Assembly: GCA_964016885.1 (NCBI GenBank)
Contig: OZ024741.1
Coordinates: forward strand, 201,872,001-201,936,000
Length of the DNA stretch: 64,000 bases
From: Eledone cirrhosa
Taxonomy: Eukaryota
Direction of reading: 5' to 3'
Shown here: positions 12,164 through 25,370 of the stretch, piece by piece
Layout: every line of letters starts with the position of its first letter
How positions within the stretch are numbered: position 1 is the stretch's first letter
The notes under the pieces: generated by a model
The model's input: the letters and a program-made list of their open reading frames with translations, nothing else
Told to the model about the DNA's origin: nothing
Databases searched by the model: none
Made by a program: the position numbers and the translations under genes

Positions 12164-12264
12164 TATATATATATATGTATATATATATGTATATATATAT
12201 ATTATTCAAAATGTTAACAAATGAAAAATATTCGCATAATCAAAATATATACTTTATTATATAT

Positions 12265-13711
12265 TGTTCATCAGGGCTCTGTTCTTAGCCCCCTACTATT
12301 TATTATTGCCCTCCAGGCTATAACAGTGGAGTTCAAGACCGGCTGTCCATGGGAACTCCTATACGCAGACGATCTAACGCTCATAGCTGAATCAATGGCC
12401 GAGCTAGAGAAGAAATTCCAAACATGGAAGCACGGCCTAGAATCAAAAGGCCTTAAAATTAACCTGGCTAAGACTAAAGTTCTAGCTTGTAAGAAAGAAA
12501 ATAAGGCGGCGGTCCCCTCCGGGAAGTGGCCATGCGCAGAGTGTAGGAAAGGCGTAGGTAGAAATTCAATTTTGTGTCCCAAATGCAAAGTTTGTGTGCA
12601 TAAAAGATGTAGTGGGATCACAGGTAAGCTAACTAAGAACATAGATTTTACATGTGGCCGGTGTTCTGGGGCAATAAGTAGCAGCAAGTGCCCACAAAAT
12701 ACTAGCTCTTTCAACTGCGCAGAGGGTTCTATAGAAATAGTGGACAGCTTCCGTTACCTGGGTGACAAAATAAGCAGTGGGGGAGGGTGCTCTGAAAGTA
12801 CAGTAGCTAGAGTCAGAACTGGGTAGAAAAAGTTCAGAGAGCTTATACCACTATTAGCCGCTAAAGGGTTCTCCCTAAAAATGAAAGGCAGGCTGTACGA
12901 GGCCTGCATACAAACAGCAATGTTGCATGGCAGTGAGACCTGGGCATTGTGTGCAGAGGATATACGCAGACTAGAGAGAAACGAAGCTTGCATGCTCCGC
13001 TGGATGTGTAATAGTAATATACGTGAACGACAAAGCATAAACGAACTAAGGAAAAAATTAGAAATAAGAGGGATCAGATGTTGTTTACTCGAGAGAAGGC
13101 TACGTTGGTATGGTCACGTGATGCGCATGAAGGACGATAGCTGTATAACAAAGTGCAGGGCAATAAAGATAGACGGTAGCCACGGAATAGGCAGACCCAG
13201 AAAAACCTGGGACGAGCTGATAAACTCCGACCTCACACACTTACACCTCACCAAGACAATGTCACTGGACCGAGACCTTTGGCGGTACTCAGTAATAGAG
13301 AAGACCCGCCTTACCTAAACACAAAGTAAAACCTACTAGTCAGTAGGCATCTCTAACAAAATACACCCCCGTCCCACCACCCCCACCCCATCCACACCGC
13401 CCCCTTCTATGTAAAGTTATGTTGGTGCCACACCATCCAGGCCGAAACAAATGAGATCGTGTAGGTGTCACGACAAAAAAACACACAGTCCACGCTGTAA
13501 TGTGGCCGTGTAAGCAACACGGTAAAAACCTCCCAGACCCACACTGTAAATGTGGTTGGTGTTAGGAAGGGCATCCAACTGTAGAAAACCTGCCAGACAG
13601 TCCTATGCGAGCAAGACAATCACTCTTGCCTCAAGTGGGAAAACCCCCGTCCAAACCCATGCAAGCGTGGAACACGGACGTTAAACGTTGATGATGATGA
13701 TGATGATGATG
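12265..13711 (+). mobile_element. 5'-truncated RTE LINE inserted into the fold-back arm
   Basis: HQGSVLSPLLF, LLYADDL, RLRWYGHVMR, GRPRKTW; 3' UTR; (GAT)n tail; one stop at 12824. Confidence 0.95.
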
Positions 13712-13914
13712 ATTTCAAAGGTACTGTGCTGTTTTTTTCAGTACGTCCTCATCAGACAAAATATATGATTTGATATATGCTACGGTCTTGATTATTCAAT
13801 TCCCGTATTGGCAGTTTATTATTCAATTCCCGTACTTGATTATTCAATTCCCGTACTGCCAATACGGGAATTGAATAATCAAGACCGTAGCGGTATGTCA
13901 TATATCAAATCATA

Positions 13915-13981
13915 TAGTTTGTCTGATGAGGACGTACTGAAAAAAACAGCACAGTACCTTTGAAATATATATAATAGAGTA
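13915..13981 (+). ncRNA. Type I hammerhead ribozyme (fold-back right arm)
   Basis: TAGTTTGT-CTGATGA-GGACGTACTG..CAGTACCTTT-GAA-ATATATAT-A-ATAGAGTA. Confidence 0.75.
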
Positions 13982-14191
13982 TATATTTTGATTATGTGAA
14001 TATTTTTTACTTGTTAACATTTTGAATAATATTAAAAACTCCAGGAAAACCTAGTGTTGAGTGCTTCTAATCTATTGTAAAACTGTATTCGTTGAGTAAT
14101 CAACAAACCATATTAATCTTTGGTCATATGTATATATATATATATATTACTTCAAAATATTAATAAATATAGACATTCATGTGATCAAATA

Positions 14192-14257
14192 TATTTTATT
14201 ATATATATTTCAGAGGTACTGAGCTGTTTCATCAGTACGTCCTCATCAGATAAAATA
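14192..14257 (-). ncRNA. Type I hammerhead ribozyme with intact core
   Basis: TATTTTAT-CTGATGA-GGACGTACTGA(TGAAACAGC)TCAGTACCTCT-GAA-ATATATAT-A-ATAAAATA; perfect 8-bp stem I, palindromic stem III, AUA triplet. Confidence 0.85.
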
Positions 14258-14374
14258 AATTTATGTCTGACGTACCTCAACTGTGCTGATGGTTCAATTC
14301 CAGTTTTGGAATATATATTTTGTGTATATATATATACACACACACATATATATGTGTGCTACACACAAATACTT

Positions 14375-14645
14375 GGGGAGCAAGCATGCCTGCATGCTTG
14401 GTCCCCAGGTATTCGTGTGTGGCTTTCAGGTGGGGTTTGGAGAATGCAGATGGTGTACTTCTGGTTCAACCAGGCCTCAGTCAGGACAGGATTGATGCAG
14501 AGCTAGGAATTCAATTTTGTCTTAGCTCACATTGATAACCTCGGACTTGATCTCCAATCCTAGGTACCTTAGGGCAGGGATGACCCACTGGAGGTCCTCA
14601 GCAACAGATTCTATCAAGCCTGCTAGAGTCGCATCATCCATGTTT
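14375..14645 (-). mobile_element. CRE-like non-LTR RT fragment
   Basis: MDDATLAGLIESVAEDLQWVIPALRYLGLEI resembles the YxDD region of CRE-clade RT. Confidence 0.6.
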
Positions 14646-15045
14646 CTATTTCGGAGGAAGTGTGATGTGTAACATCCCGTCAAATGCCAGATTACTATAG
14701 TGAAGGCCAACAGAAAGAAAGCAAAGTGATCTGAAGAAAGTGAAGAAGCTCGACAGATCCCCTCTAGTTGCTAACTTGAGGCAGACAACCCCTTGGTACG
14801 ACCACAGGAATTGGTAGCAGAAAGACATTTGGATGAAAAAGCACACTAAGCTAATATATGAATTTCATACATTAAGATGGAAGGAATTGGACACACCCAA
14901 TAAAATTTAATCCTTTTATATATAAACCGGCCGTAACCGGCCAGAATTCTCTCATCTCTTTCTGTTTAAACCAGCTGTAACCAGCCCTGCATACTGATGT
15001 TAAGGTATTGTTCACAAAATAAATAACATGAAAATCTCATAGATT

Positions 15046-15972
15046 CGATATTATGTGAGATAAAGCCTTTACTGTGAAAATACAATAGTATATATAGAGT
15101 AATGTAAATGTTATGTAAGATATTATGTGAGGTAAAGCCTTTACTGTGAAAATACAATAGTATATATAGAGTAATGTAAATGTAATGTGAGATATTATGT
15201 GAGGTAAAGTCTTTACTGTGAAAATACAATAGTATATATAGAGTAATGTAAATGTTATGTGAGATATTATGTGAGGTAAAGCCTTTACTGTGAAAATACA
15301 ATAGTATATATAGAGTAATGTAAATGTTATGTAAGATATTATGTGAGGTAAAGCCTTTACTGTGAAAATACAATAGTATATATAGAGTAATGTAAATGTT
15401 ATGTGAGATATTATGTGAGGTAAAGCCTTTACTGTGAAAATACAATAGTATATATAGAGTAAAGTAAATGTTACGTGAGATATTATGTGAGATAAAGCCT
15501 TTACTGTGAAAATACAATAGTATATATAGAGTAATGTAAATGTTATGTAAGATATTATGTGAGGTAAAGCCTTTACTGTGAAAATACAATAGTATATATA
15601 GAGTAATGTAAATGTTATGTGAGATATTATGTGAGATAAAGCCTTTACTGTGAAAATACAATAGTATATATAGAGTAATGTAAATGTTATGTGAGATATT
15701 ATATGAGGTAAAGCCTTTACTGTGAAAATACAATAGTATATATAGAGTAATGTAAATGTTATGTGAGATATTATATGAGGTAAAGCCTTTACTGTGAAAA
15801 TACAATAGTATATATAGAGCAATGTAAATGTTATGTGAGATATTATGTGTGGTAAAGCCTTTACTGTGAAAATACAATAGTATATATAGAGTAATGTAAA
15901 TGTTATGTGAGATATTAAATGAGGTAAAGCCTTTACTGTGAAAATACAATAGTATATATAGAGCAATGTAAA
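15046..15972. repeat. 72-bp minisatellite, about 13 copies
   Basis: Unit AAAGCCTTTACTGTGAAAATACAATAGTATATATAGAGTAATGTAAATGTTATGTGAGATATTATGTGAGGT; 24-aa periodicity in the overlapping ORFs. Confidence 0.95.
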
Positions 15973-16326
15973 TACTAAAGGGTTAATATAAATGTGTTAG
16001 TATTTTTGATTAATTAAAAGTTTTATAAGAATATTTACCTCAATCAAGGAAATGTTTTTTCTCAGTTCTTAGAAATGGCTTGTTGATTCACAGAAAACCG
16101 CAGCTTTTAAAACTTCAGTTCATACAGGCAGAGAAATGAAAGCTTTCGTCAAGTGTCTCCTTTATATAATAAACCAGGCCAGATATTTGATAAACTTTCT
16201 GGGTTAATCATTGGCTAAACCATTAATTAAGCCATATATATATATATATGGGTGTGTGTATATATATATGTATATATATATATGTATATATATATATGTA
16301 TATATATATATGTATATATATATATG

Positions 16327-16378
<52 letters not shown>

Positions 16379-16637
16379 CATAGAATAATGTACAAATGTC
16401 AAGAACTAGAAAAGCGTATGAGTCATGATCCACACAGACACACATCTCCTTCTGTCTTCTCCTCCTCCTCCCCCTGTCTTCTATACACACCCACCACATA
16501 TTACATTGACAACGCAGGTTTGATATAATACTACCCTTGGTTATTATTGACCTATCACTGATTCGCAGAAAAATCACCCTGAGAATGGGGGGGCGGGGTT
16601 TCTGAGAATCTGTCTTTTATCTAAGTTCATAGGTCAG

Positions 16638-16673
<36 letters not shown>

Positions 16674-16755
16674 GTATATATATATAATATAATGTATATA
16701 AATATAATGTATATATATATATACATTATATATATTATATATATAATATATACAT

Positions 16756-16844
<89 letters not shown>

Positions 16845-16845
<1 letters not shown>

Positions 16846-19800
16846 CATGAAACGAAGTTCTGTTTAAATCATTTATCTGCTTACAATTGTTTCTTCCAAA
16901 CCGAGGTTTGAAGTCTTCGGAGCAATTATTCAGTGATTTTTAACATACTTGACCTCCTTTTCAACACAAGAGACATATAGAAACATATGTATATATTGAC
17001 CCACAGTGGGTTGACATCCATTATAATAATATAGCATGGTAATTTACATACAAAGATTACAGTCATATTAAAGGACAAAATTAAAGTTAAAATTAAAATT
17101 AAAATAAAACATTGGCAGTCTACTAAGATAAAGCAAAAGGAAAGTTTGGAGTAGCCAGTGTATGCAACAGTCACACGTGTGGCATGCACGCGTGTCCTAT
17201 TTATACAAGATTATAGTGCGGCAGATTGTTACAAGTAAAACAAGCAGTCAAAGCAGGCAATTAAGAGCATCATGGGGGCTGAACTGGTTAAGCATTATTC
17301 ACACACACCTGTACGATATAGAAGCCCGTGTGTGGAGAAACACCAAAAATATCAAAAATATTACAAATGAGAAGCAAAACAGCACCACTGTCCTCGTACA
17401 CACCACCACTCTCACAATCCAGGAAACGCAATTTATAGACTACATGTCCATCTCACAATCCACGATGATTCAACATTGGGTGCCTGGTGAACCATGCTAG
17501 AACATCACAGCTTGTCGTTCTTTAATTCGATTCCATAGAGTAGGTTGTTTTTGTTGTGAGAGGTGACATCGTATTATATTCCGGAAGTGTGTGTGTGATT
17601 AAGGAGAGTTAATGCGTAAGGGGAGGTAACTAGCTGATTCCTATAGCTAAATTTATTATCCTAAAGTACATTAATGGTGTTTCAAATGAGTTCTCATCAT
17701 ATAAGGTTATAATCAATTACTAAATTTAAGTATCTTATCTATAAATTACAGTGTAGTCTATCAAGAAGTACTAAAGGTGTTCATATTAGGATGATTACCT
17801 TCTATCATAGAGTGCCCCCACCGAACATTCCACGTGAAGAGTCAGATCTCCAAATCAATGATCTTTGTAAGTGTAGTCCACCCGCAGGACCTGGCAGGGT
17901 CTTATTAGAATCACTTCTATATATGACTCCTGGTAAGTTCTGGGTCATTGTGTGACTGATTGCATGGCAAAGTTAAATATCACTAGGGTAGTCCAGAGAT
18001 CAATTCTCACTTACAAAGACACTGATCTGACCATCAAGTCATACATGTATTTATAACTCATACATCACCTGTACATAATTCATTGCACTCAGCATATCGA
18101 TTATATAGCTCTTTTATGTTAATAAATTAATTACTTAATCTTCCATTTATCCAATGATGGCACTACATACGCAGGACAATGTTAGCACAACCAATTCCGT
18201 GCTTAAAGTTTACATTGGTGTAATGCAGTCTAAGCAATTGAAGCCCAATATACCAAAAGTAGAAGTACATGGGGATATATCCAAGGTGAAAGGTACTAGG
18301 AGGATGTCACTATTTGCGTTAAAGTGGATTAATGGGTGTGGAGATGAGGTGTAAGGTGTGCCCCTGATGATTGCTGCTAGAGGTGGTGTCGGGTTCAAGT
18401 CTGACATTGTTATATATTGGGTTTAAAGTTTTGGAAGGAGTGTCGGAAGCGGTGTTGGCAAGACGCGAACACTTCTGATTTTTTATTAAGGAGGTTATGG
18501 TTTGAAAAGATGATAGTATGGGTCTGTAGTAGACAGAGGGTACAAAATTTATTAGGTGGTTTGTACGATGACCCGTTACCTATCACTTCCCATTTAAGTG
18601 TATATGGTTTATTTTTAGTTTTTAGATAGTGTATGTAGCTAGATAGTGAAGTGGAGTTGGCTAGACTGTGTTTTTTGAAAGAGTGGAGGTGCGAATTGTA
18701 TCTGGTTTTGAAGCAGTTTGAAGTAGAGCCTATATAGGTTTCAGAAGAGTTGCTAGTTGTGACTGTGCATGAGTATATGATATCCTTGGTTAAGCATTTT
18801 TTATCTAAAGGGCAGGTTCTATTTGATCTACAGTTACAATTATTCTGGGTGTTAGTCTGCCGGTTATTATGTTGTGTAGAAGTCTGGATGGTAGCTATAG
18901 GGTTATGGTTATGTGGGTTGACGTTCCCAGCGTTATTGTTTACACTAGTGTTATTACTATTATTTCTATTGATATTAGGGTTAGTTGCTATAATGTTATT
19001 TTGAAGGTTTATCGTCTGTTGTGATTTAGTTTGCTGGAAGTAAGAATTAATTTTTCTTTTATTGCTACTAGCTATGTGGTATGCTATGTTAGGCGTAGTA
19101 GAGTAGGAGATTTTAATAGTGTTTTTTGTTTAAAAGGCTATGGTACTTATGGCCGGATGGGAAGTTTTTATCTAGTAGTGAGAAGAAAGCCCTAGGTAGG
19201 TTGGTAGAGACGTTTAGATTGAAAGGAGGGTTGAAAAATGTATTATTTCTTCTTCTATTTTTGTTTTTTATGTCTGGTGAGTTGTTTCCTTTTATGGTTC
19301 TATTGTAATTTCTGTGGTGTGGGTTACTTTTGTTTGCATCTTCCGTATTAGTGTGTGTGTGGTTGCTATTCCAATTACTAAATTTCCTCATGGACATGTT
19401 GTGCGAAATAATGTTGTAGCTATGTGTTTTTGTAGGTAGGAACTCGATCTCTATATTATGGCCTGATCTAGCTAATGCCTGATTATAATATTGCCAGTTT
19501 TTGCTAAATATGTTTACGTCATAGGATAGATTAGAGATTCTATTAGATACTCCCTTAGAGATAGAGTTTAATATAGATCTAGGGTGGTTAGACTTGGTAT
19601 CTACGTAAATGAGTTTTTCATTAGGTTTGTGGAAAGGTGCATATATCTTTGAGTCTAGGTAGAGGGTGGCGTCTAGGAAGTTAACATTTCTAGTGTTTTT
19701 GTCCATGGTAATACTAAGGTTATAGTTTTTGAATGTCTTGTGCAATAGTTTTCTAGTTCTTTCTATATTGAATTTTTTATAATCTATAAGTAGAAGTGCA

Positions 19801-20565
19801 TCATCGCGGTACAAACCACCGTTGAGGTATGGAAGGTCCTTATGGATTTCGTTAAGTAAATATAGGCCGACTAAATCAGTGACCTGCGCCGAGTCACTAG
19901 ATCCCATGGTTATGTCGAAGTTGTTTTGCGTATCCTTGTGGGTCCATAATTGGTCTTCAAAGGTGATTACTGTTTTACGGGCCGCAAGTATGACATTAAT
20001 CTGGGGTCTAGTCAGGTCACTATTGTCCATGGCCATGATAAGTGCCTTATTTAATAGGATAGGGGAAATAGAGGTGTAGTATGAATTGATATCAAATTGA
20101 ATAAATTTTTTATCCTTGCTATCCTTGATATTTTTGCTTCTCATTTGTAATATTTTTGATATTTTTGGTGTTTCTCCATACACGGGCTTCTATATCGTAC
20201 AGGTGTGTGTGAATAAGGCTTAACCAGTTCAGCCCCCCATGATGCTCTTAATTGCCTGCTTTGACTGCTTGTTTTACTTGTAACAATCTGCCGCACTATA
20301 ATCTTGTATAAATAGGACACGTGTGCATGACACACGTGTGACTGTTGCATACACTGGCTACTCCAAACTTTCCTTTTGCTTTATCTTAGTAGACTACCAA
20401 TGTTTTATTTTAATTTTAATTTTAACTTTAATTTTGTCCTTTAATATGACTGTAATCTTTGTATGTAAATTACCATGCTATATTATTATAATGGATGTCA
20501 ACCCACTGTGGGTCAATATATACATATGTTTCTATATGTCTCTTGTGTTGAAAAGGAGGTCAAGT
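16845..20565 (-). mobile_element. Penelope-like element with 5' inverted segment
   Basis: ORF 19113-20183 FDITMGSSDSAQVTDLVG, GGLYRDDAL, VNFLDATL, SNHP; GIY-YIG relic ~18620-18850; 16947-17379 is inverted at 20132-20565. Confidence 0.92.
16878..16924 (-). ncRNA. Minimal type I hammerhead (core variant) at PLE 3' end
   Basis: TGCT-CCGAAGA-C-TTCAAACC(TC)GGTTTGGA-A-GAA-ACAATTGT-A-AGCA; U4C change in core. Confidence 0.7.
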
Positions 20566-21241
20566 CTCTCATTTCCTGTCTCTAACATCTCAGTTGTCCT
20601 CTCTTGAGACATTAGCCTCTCAGTTGTCCTCTCTTGAGACATAAGTCTCTCACTTCCTGTCTCTAACATATCTGTTGTCCTCTCTTGAGACATAAGTCTC
20701 TCACTTCCTGTCTCTAACATCTCAGTTGTCCTCTCTTGAGACATAAGTCTCTCACTTCCTGTCTCTAACATCTCAGTTGTCCTCTCTTGAGACAAGTCTC
20801 TCACTTCCTGTCTCTAACATCTCAGTTGTCCTCTCTTGAGACAAGTCTCTCACTTCCTGTCTCTAACATCTCAGTTGTCCTCTCTTGAGACAAGTCTCTC
20901 ACTTCCTGTCTCTAATATCTCAGTTGTCCTCTCTTAAGACATAAGTCTCTCACTTCCTGTCTCTAACATCTCTGTTGTCCTCTCTTGAGACATAAGTCTC
21001 TCACTTCCTGTCTCTAACATCTCAGTTGTCCTCTCTTAAGACATAAGTCTCTCACTTCCTGTCTCTAACATCTCTGTTGTCCTCTCTTAAGACATAAGTC
21101 TCTCACTTCCTGTCTCTAACATCTCAGTTGTCCTCTCTTGAGACATAAGTCTCTCACTTCCTGTCTCTAACATCTCAGTTGTCCTCTCTTGAGACATAAG
21201 TCTCTCACTTCCTGTCTCTAACATCTCAGTTGTCCTCTCTT
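20562..21241. repeat. 51-bp (some 49-bp) minisatellite, about 13 copies
   Basis: Unit AAGTCTCTCACTTCCTGTCTCTAACATCTCAGTTGTCCTCTCTTGAGACAT. Confidence 0.95.
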
Positions 21242-23339
21242 ATCCTTCACACATTTTTGCTGTCTACAGTATATTTTTATATTTCAACTTCTATCTTTAA
21301 AGTAGTGTTTTCCTATATTTAGAATCCACTCCCCTCCATCATTCAACTAGATATTAGCAACAAAGACTTTCAGTTATTCTAGTTCCTAGTTTCTTTTCCT
21401 CAATCTTCTCAGTTCAACTTCCCTATCTGTTACTCTTCAAACTCTTTGAACTGTCATCAGTTATTTGTTCATCTCTCAGCTTGCATCAAGGACATTTATT
21501 TCACATTTGATGATTTATAATTTTTGGTGGTTTCAACAAGCATTCCATTGCAATGCTGCAGAAGTCAATTTTTTTTTTACTATTCTGAACTCTCTGCAAT
21601 AGTTAGTACCATCACTTAATGTTTGCTTAACCAACATACACACGCACATTACACTTCTGATCTCTTTCTCATGTCTAAATTCTTTTTCGTAATCTATGAC
21701 TGTTTCTACCTCTGTAATGTCCTCTGATTCACTGCACAACACTCCACCTCCATAATCCAATGGCACTTTAAAATCAGCTTACTGATTGGATCTCCACCAG
21801 TTTTATGCTATCCCTGGCAGCAAATGTGTATCACTTTGGACTCATCCAAAGCAGCTAATCCATAACTCCTATGTAGTTTACATACAGCTATGTTACATCA
21901 GTACATGCAATGAACACAACCAACCTTCATTAACTGTGTAGTCTTCACTTATCACTACAACACCTACAAAATTGCCATCAAGAAAGCAAGAGATACTTTT
22001 AGCCATTGCACAAACTATAGGCTCATTTGCCTCCCAAATTGACATGGCTTTTTCTAATCTATATTCTATCATCTGCTAGGCCTCACAATCCCTGATGATC
22101 CAACATACTTAACATAGCTAAAACTGTTTCCAAAAGACTAGTCTTCTCGTCAGGGCCAAAAGTTACTTCAGTTGAAATCACTTATGGTGTACTGCTTCCA
22201 TTCCTAAGACAGTACTACTAACATCCAAATGATTAACAGACTTACCAACACAGTATAACCTCTAGCCTACAGGTGTGCTGTTTCTTCTTTCGCCTATTTT
22301 GATGCTCCTACAAAGGCTGTTGCTCCAGCTAGTTGTATATCACCTTAAACTAGACCCATGTCTCTCCTCTTATCACTCTTTCTTTCCTGTCCTCAGACAC
22401 AGCCCTCTATAAATGTTCAAGCTGAACATCAGCCGTATCGATCTTACCTGTCTAGAAGGGCCTGTATGAGTGGGGGGAGTGCTTCCTTTATTCCTGATTA
22501 AGCTATAAAAAAAGCCCAATATTAATATCAGACTTTTGTTACTGAACCTGATTAGTCTTTATAAGCAAAACTTGTCATTATCCCAACCGTCCATTATATA
22601 TATGTATGAAATTGATATCTATACTGTGTAGGCTTTGTAAAATATTCATACCTATATTATGTGAATTGCAAGCCAGAAAAATTCTTTCTCGGATAGAGAA
22701 TGAATTTTGCAGTGTTTAGGGCCCTATATTAGGGAATCCTTTAAACATTTGTTAATTCATATTCTAAATTACTGATTTCAGTCATGGATTTGTCTTTTTT
22801 GTGTAATATGGCATGAAAAGAAAACAAATTTTTGTACAAATTTAATGGAAAGTATGTTGCATTAATGTTTGTTTTCCTGCTTTAAGTGACATTTTATCAA
22901 TTCAGTATTGATAATCACTAGTTTAACATGTTTTGATTTATTTAGATTAGATTGGTTAACTTCATAATCTAAACTATTATAAAGTAAGCAGTGCAGGACT
23001 GCATCCGGAATAAATTTTTTTATCCCGTTTGTAAAATAAGTTGGATTACTTTGAATAAATAATGTGTGAATATTACATAATTTATGCACTAAATTTCGTA
23101 TTTATAAATAATTTGGAATTGACTTCTTTTCAAATTTATAAATTTCTACACTTCCGGTATATCGTCGCCACCACCACCACTTGAACTACCATATATATAG
23201 AAAGAGAGAGATAGTGATTATGATTTTCTACATGCTGACGCGTATGATTGTGCACATACATACATCTATATGTATGAGTATATAACTATAATCACGCAAA
23301 CACAAACTTATAAAAATACACGCACACGGACATACATTC

Positions 23340-24000
23340 AGATAAATACACACACAGTCACACATATACATTTACACAAACACACACATACAGTCATGAT
23401 AGCGTTCGGTGAATTGGAAACGGGAGGGTAAAACAAGTATAATGTTTTATTTATTTATTAACAACAGTTTAACTCTTTTTTTTAAAACTCATTTGTATAA
23501 AAATGTAATATAATGCTTACAGAACGAAAACACAAACAAATATAATATATACAAAGGAAAGGGAAAATAGCTCTTCCAGCGCATCTCCCTTACCATCCTC
23601 CGGAGAAACGTCTTCGCCATCCTGTCCGCCGAGGTTGTGGGGATGCCAGCACGTGGACCCCATTTGCTCATACAGATTAATAGGTAAAGTTGTAAACTAT
23701 TATGATAATGTAGTTAGCTAACAGAACACGGTAGCAAAATAGTCACTAACTGTGACGTCCCATTCACACAAATACACATACTTTCACACATATATATTTA
23801 CACAAACACACACATACAGTCATGATAGCGTTCGGGGAATTGGAAACGGGAGGGTAAAAGTACAACTTTTTATTTATTTATTAACAGTTTAACTCTTTTT
23901 TTTTTTTTAAAACTCATTTGTATAAAAATTTTATATAATGATTACAGAATGAAAACACTAACAAATATAATATATACAAAGGAAAAAAAGAAAGAGAAAA
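23340..24000. repeat. Local direct duplication of ~210 bp (23345-23560 vs 23770-23985)
   Basis: CAGTCATGATAGCGTTCGG..GGAAACGGGAGGGTAAAA..CTCATTTGTATAAAA occurs twice. Confidence 0.8.
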
Positions 24001-24059
24001 ATACACAATCACGTAATACACACATCTTAGACCTCATAGAACAATATGCGGGCGAAAGA

Positions 24060-24575
24060 ATGGAAAAACAAGACGCTACCAGAGCAAAAGATAGCAATGT
24101 AGCGAGAAGCACTGGGAAACCTCTCCAATAATTTTTGAGGCGAGCCCACACGCTTGCAGCGTTACCTGAGGTAATGGCAAGGCTGAGGTGCAGGAACAAC
24201 CAAATGTCCTCACGAGCATCACCAGTTACCTCTGTTTGGCGAGCCCCAAGTGAAGATAAGAACCTCGCTGTTAGTAGCCCGACTCCCCCAAACATCTCGA
24301 ACGCCACAGGCTGGATAATGTAGTTAGCTGACAGATCACGGTATTTTAGGATTTTGTTCCGTTCAGCTGTGGATGCTGTAGCTCTCGCCCTTACCGCTGC
24401 ATCCAGAATGTGGGTAGAAGCAAAAGAGTCACTAACTGTGACGTCCCAGATAAGGCACCTGCCTCTTGACCTGGAGCACAGAGTAAGACCGTCAAGTCTT
24501 TTCCCATCAATTCTGGACAACCCAGACGGTTCCAAAATTGAGGGGATGTTTGCCCGGGCCAAAGCTCTTGAGTGG
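24060..24575 (-). mobile_element. Restriction-like endonuclease end of a CRE/R2-type non-LTR retrotransposon
   Basis: EPSGLSRIDGKRLDGLTL..GRCLIWDVTVSD..KILKY..PVAFEMFG..LSLAITSGNAASV; related fragment at 32880-33080. Confidence 0.85.
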
Positions 24576-24774
24576 AAATAGGACAGTGTGTGTATGTGTA
24601 CGCGCGAGTTTGTCGGTGTTCTTAAATTAGAGACGTGTGTGTGTGTGTGTGCCACTGTTTTTAAGTTAGAGACATATATGTGTGTATCCCTTTTCTTCCT
24701 TTTACACACACATTCATTCACACAAACGCACATACACATTGTGTGATGGACGGGTGGACAGAAGTCCCTCAAAT

Positions 24775-25370
24775 TTATATACATGTGAATGGAGTTCTAC
24801 TGAAGCAGTTAGAGAAGTTCAAGTATCTTGGGGCCGTGTTCATGAGTGATGAAATGCAGGAGGCTGAATTAAGTGCAAGAATTGCAAAAGCTGATGCAGT
24901 AATGTCTCAGATTCAGCAATCAGAAGAAGGGAGTAGGTGTAAAAGCCAAACTCGCTGTCTTCCTGGTATTCCTGCCAACTCTTACTGAGGATCATGAATC
25001 TTGAGTAATGACCAAAAGAATACAATTGCAAATAAAAGCGGCAGAAATGGGATTCCTCCGAAGGGTCTTTGGAGTAACGTTACTCGATAAAGTGTGTAGC
25101 TCAGAGACTAGAGAGTCACTCCTGGTAGAGCCGCTACTTCTCCAAATTGAGAGAACACAACTCCGATATTATGAGCATGTGGTTGGAATGTCTCAGTAAA
25201 GAATCGCTGGACACATTTTACAGACAAAACCAACTGTCAAGAGTCCCTGAGCAAGATAGTTGGATAACATCCATGAGCTTGGCTGGTCACGCTTTGGGAT
25301 CCAGCTGCATCAGTTTGAGAAAGATTCTGCCCCCACAACCCTCTCAGAAATAAGTGGGCAAAGAAGATAT
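24775..25370 (+). mobile_element. RTE LINE 3' fragment (second family)
   Basis: LKQLEKFKYLG, AAEMGFLRRV, QLRYYEHV. Confidence 0.8.

Larger units (their letters stand above)
12201..14124. mobile_element. Hammerhead-bearing fold-back element, left arm split by an RTE insertion
   Basis: 12201-12264 plus 13712-13816 is the reverse complement of 13855-14030; same family as 46072-46412. Confidence 0.8.

Noticed and set aside
15046-15972. CRISPR-like array or 327/309-aa repeat proteins
   Set aside because: Units are contiguous with no unique spacers and no cas genes; the ORFs are by-products of a stop-free 72-bp unit
20562-21241. CRISPR-like array
   Set aside because: Head-to-tail minisatellite without spacers
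23942-24784. 280-aa host gene
   Set aside because: Chimeric read-through of simple repeats and a retrotransposon endonuclease relic
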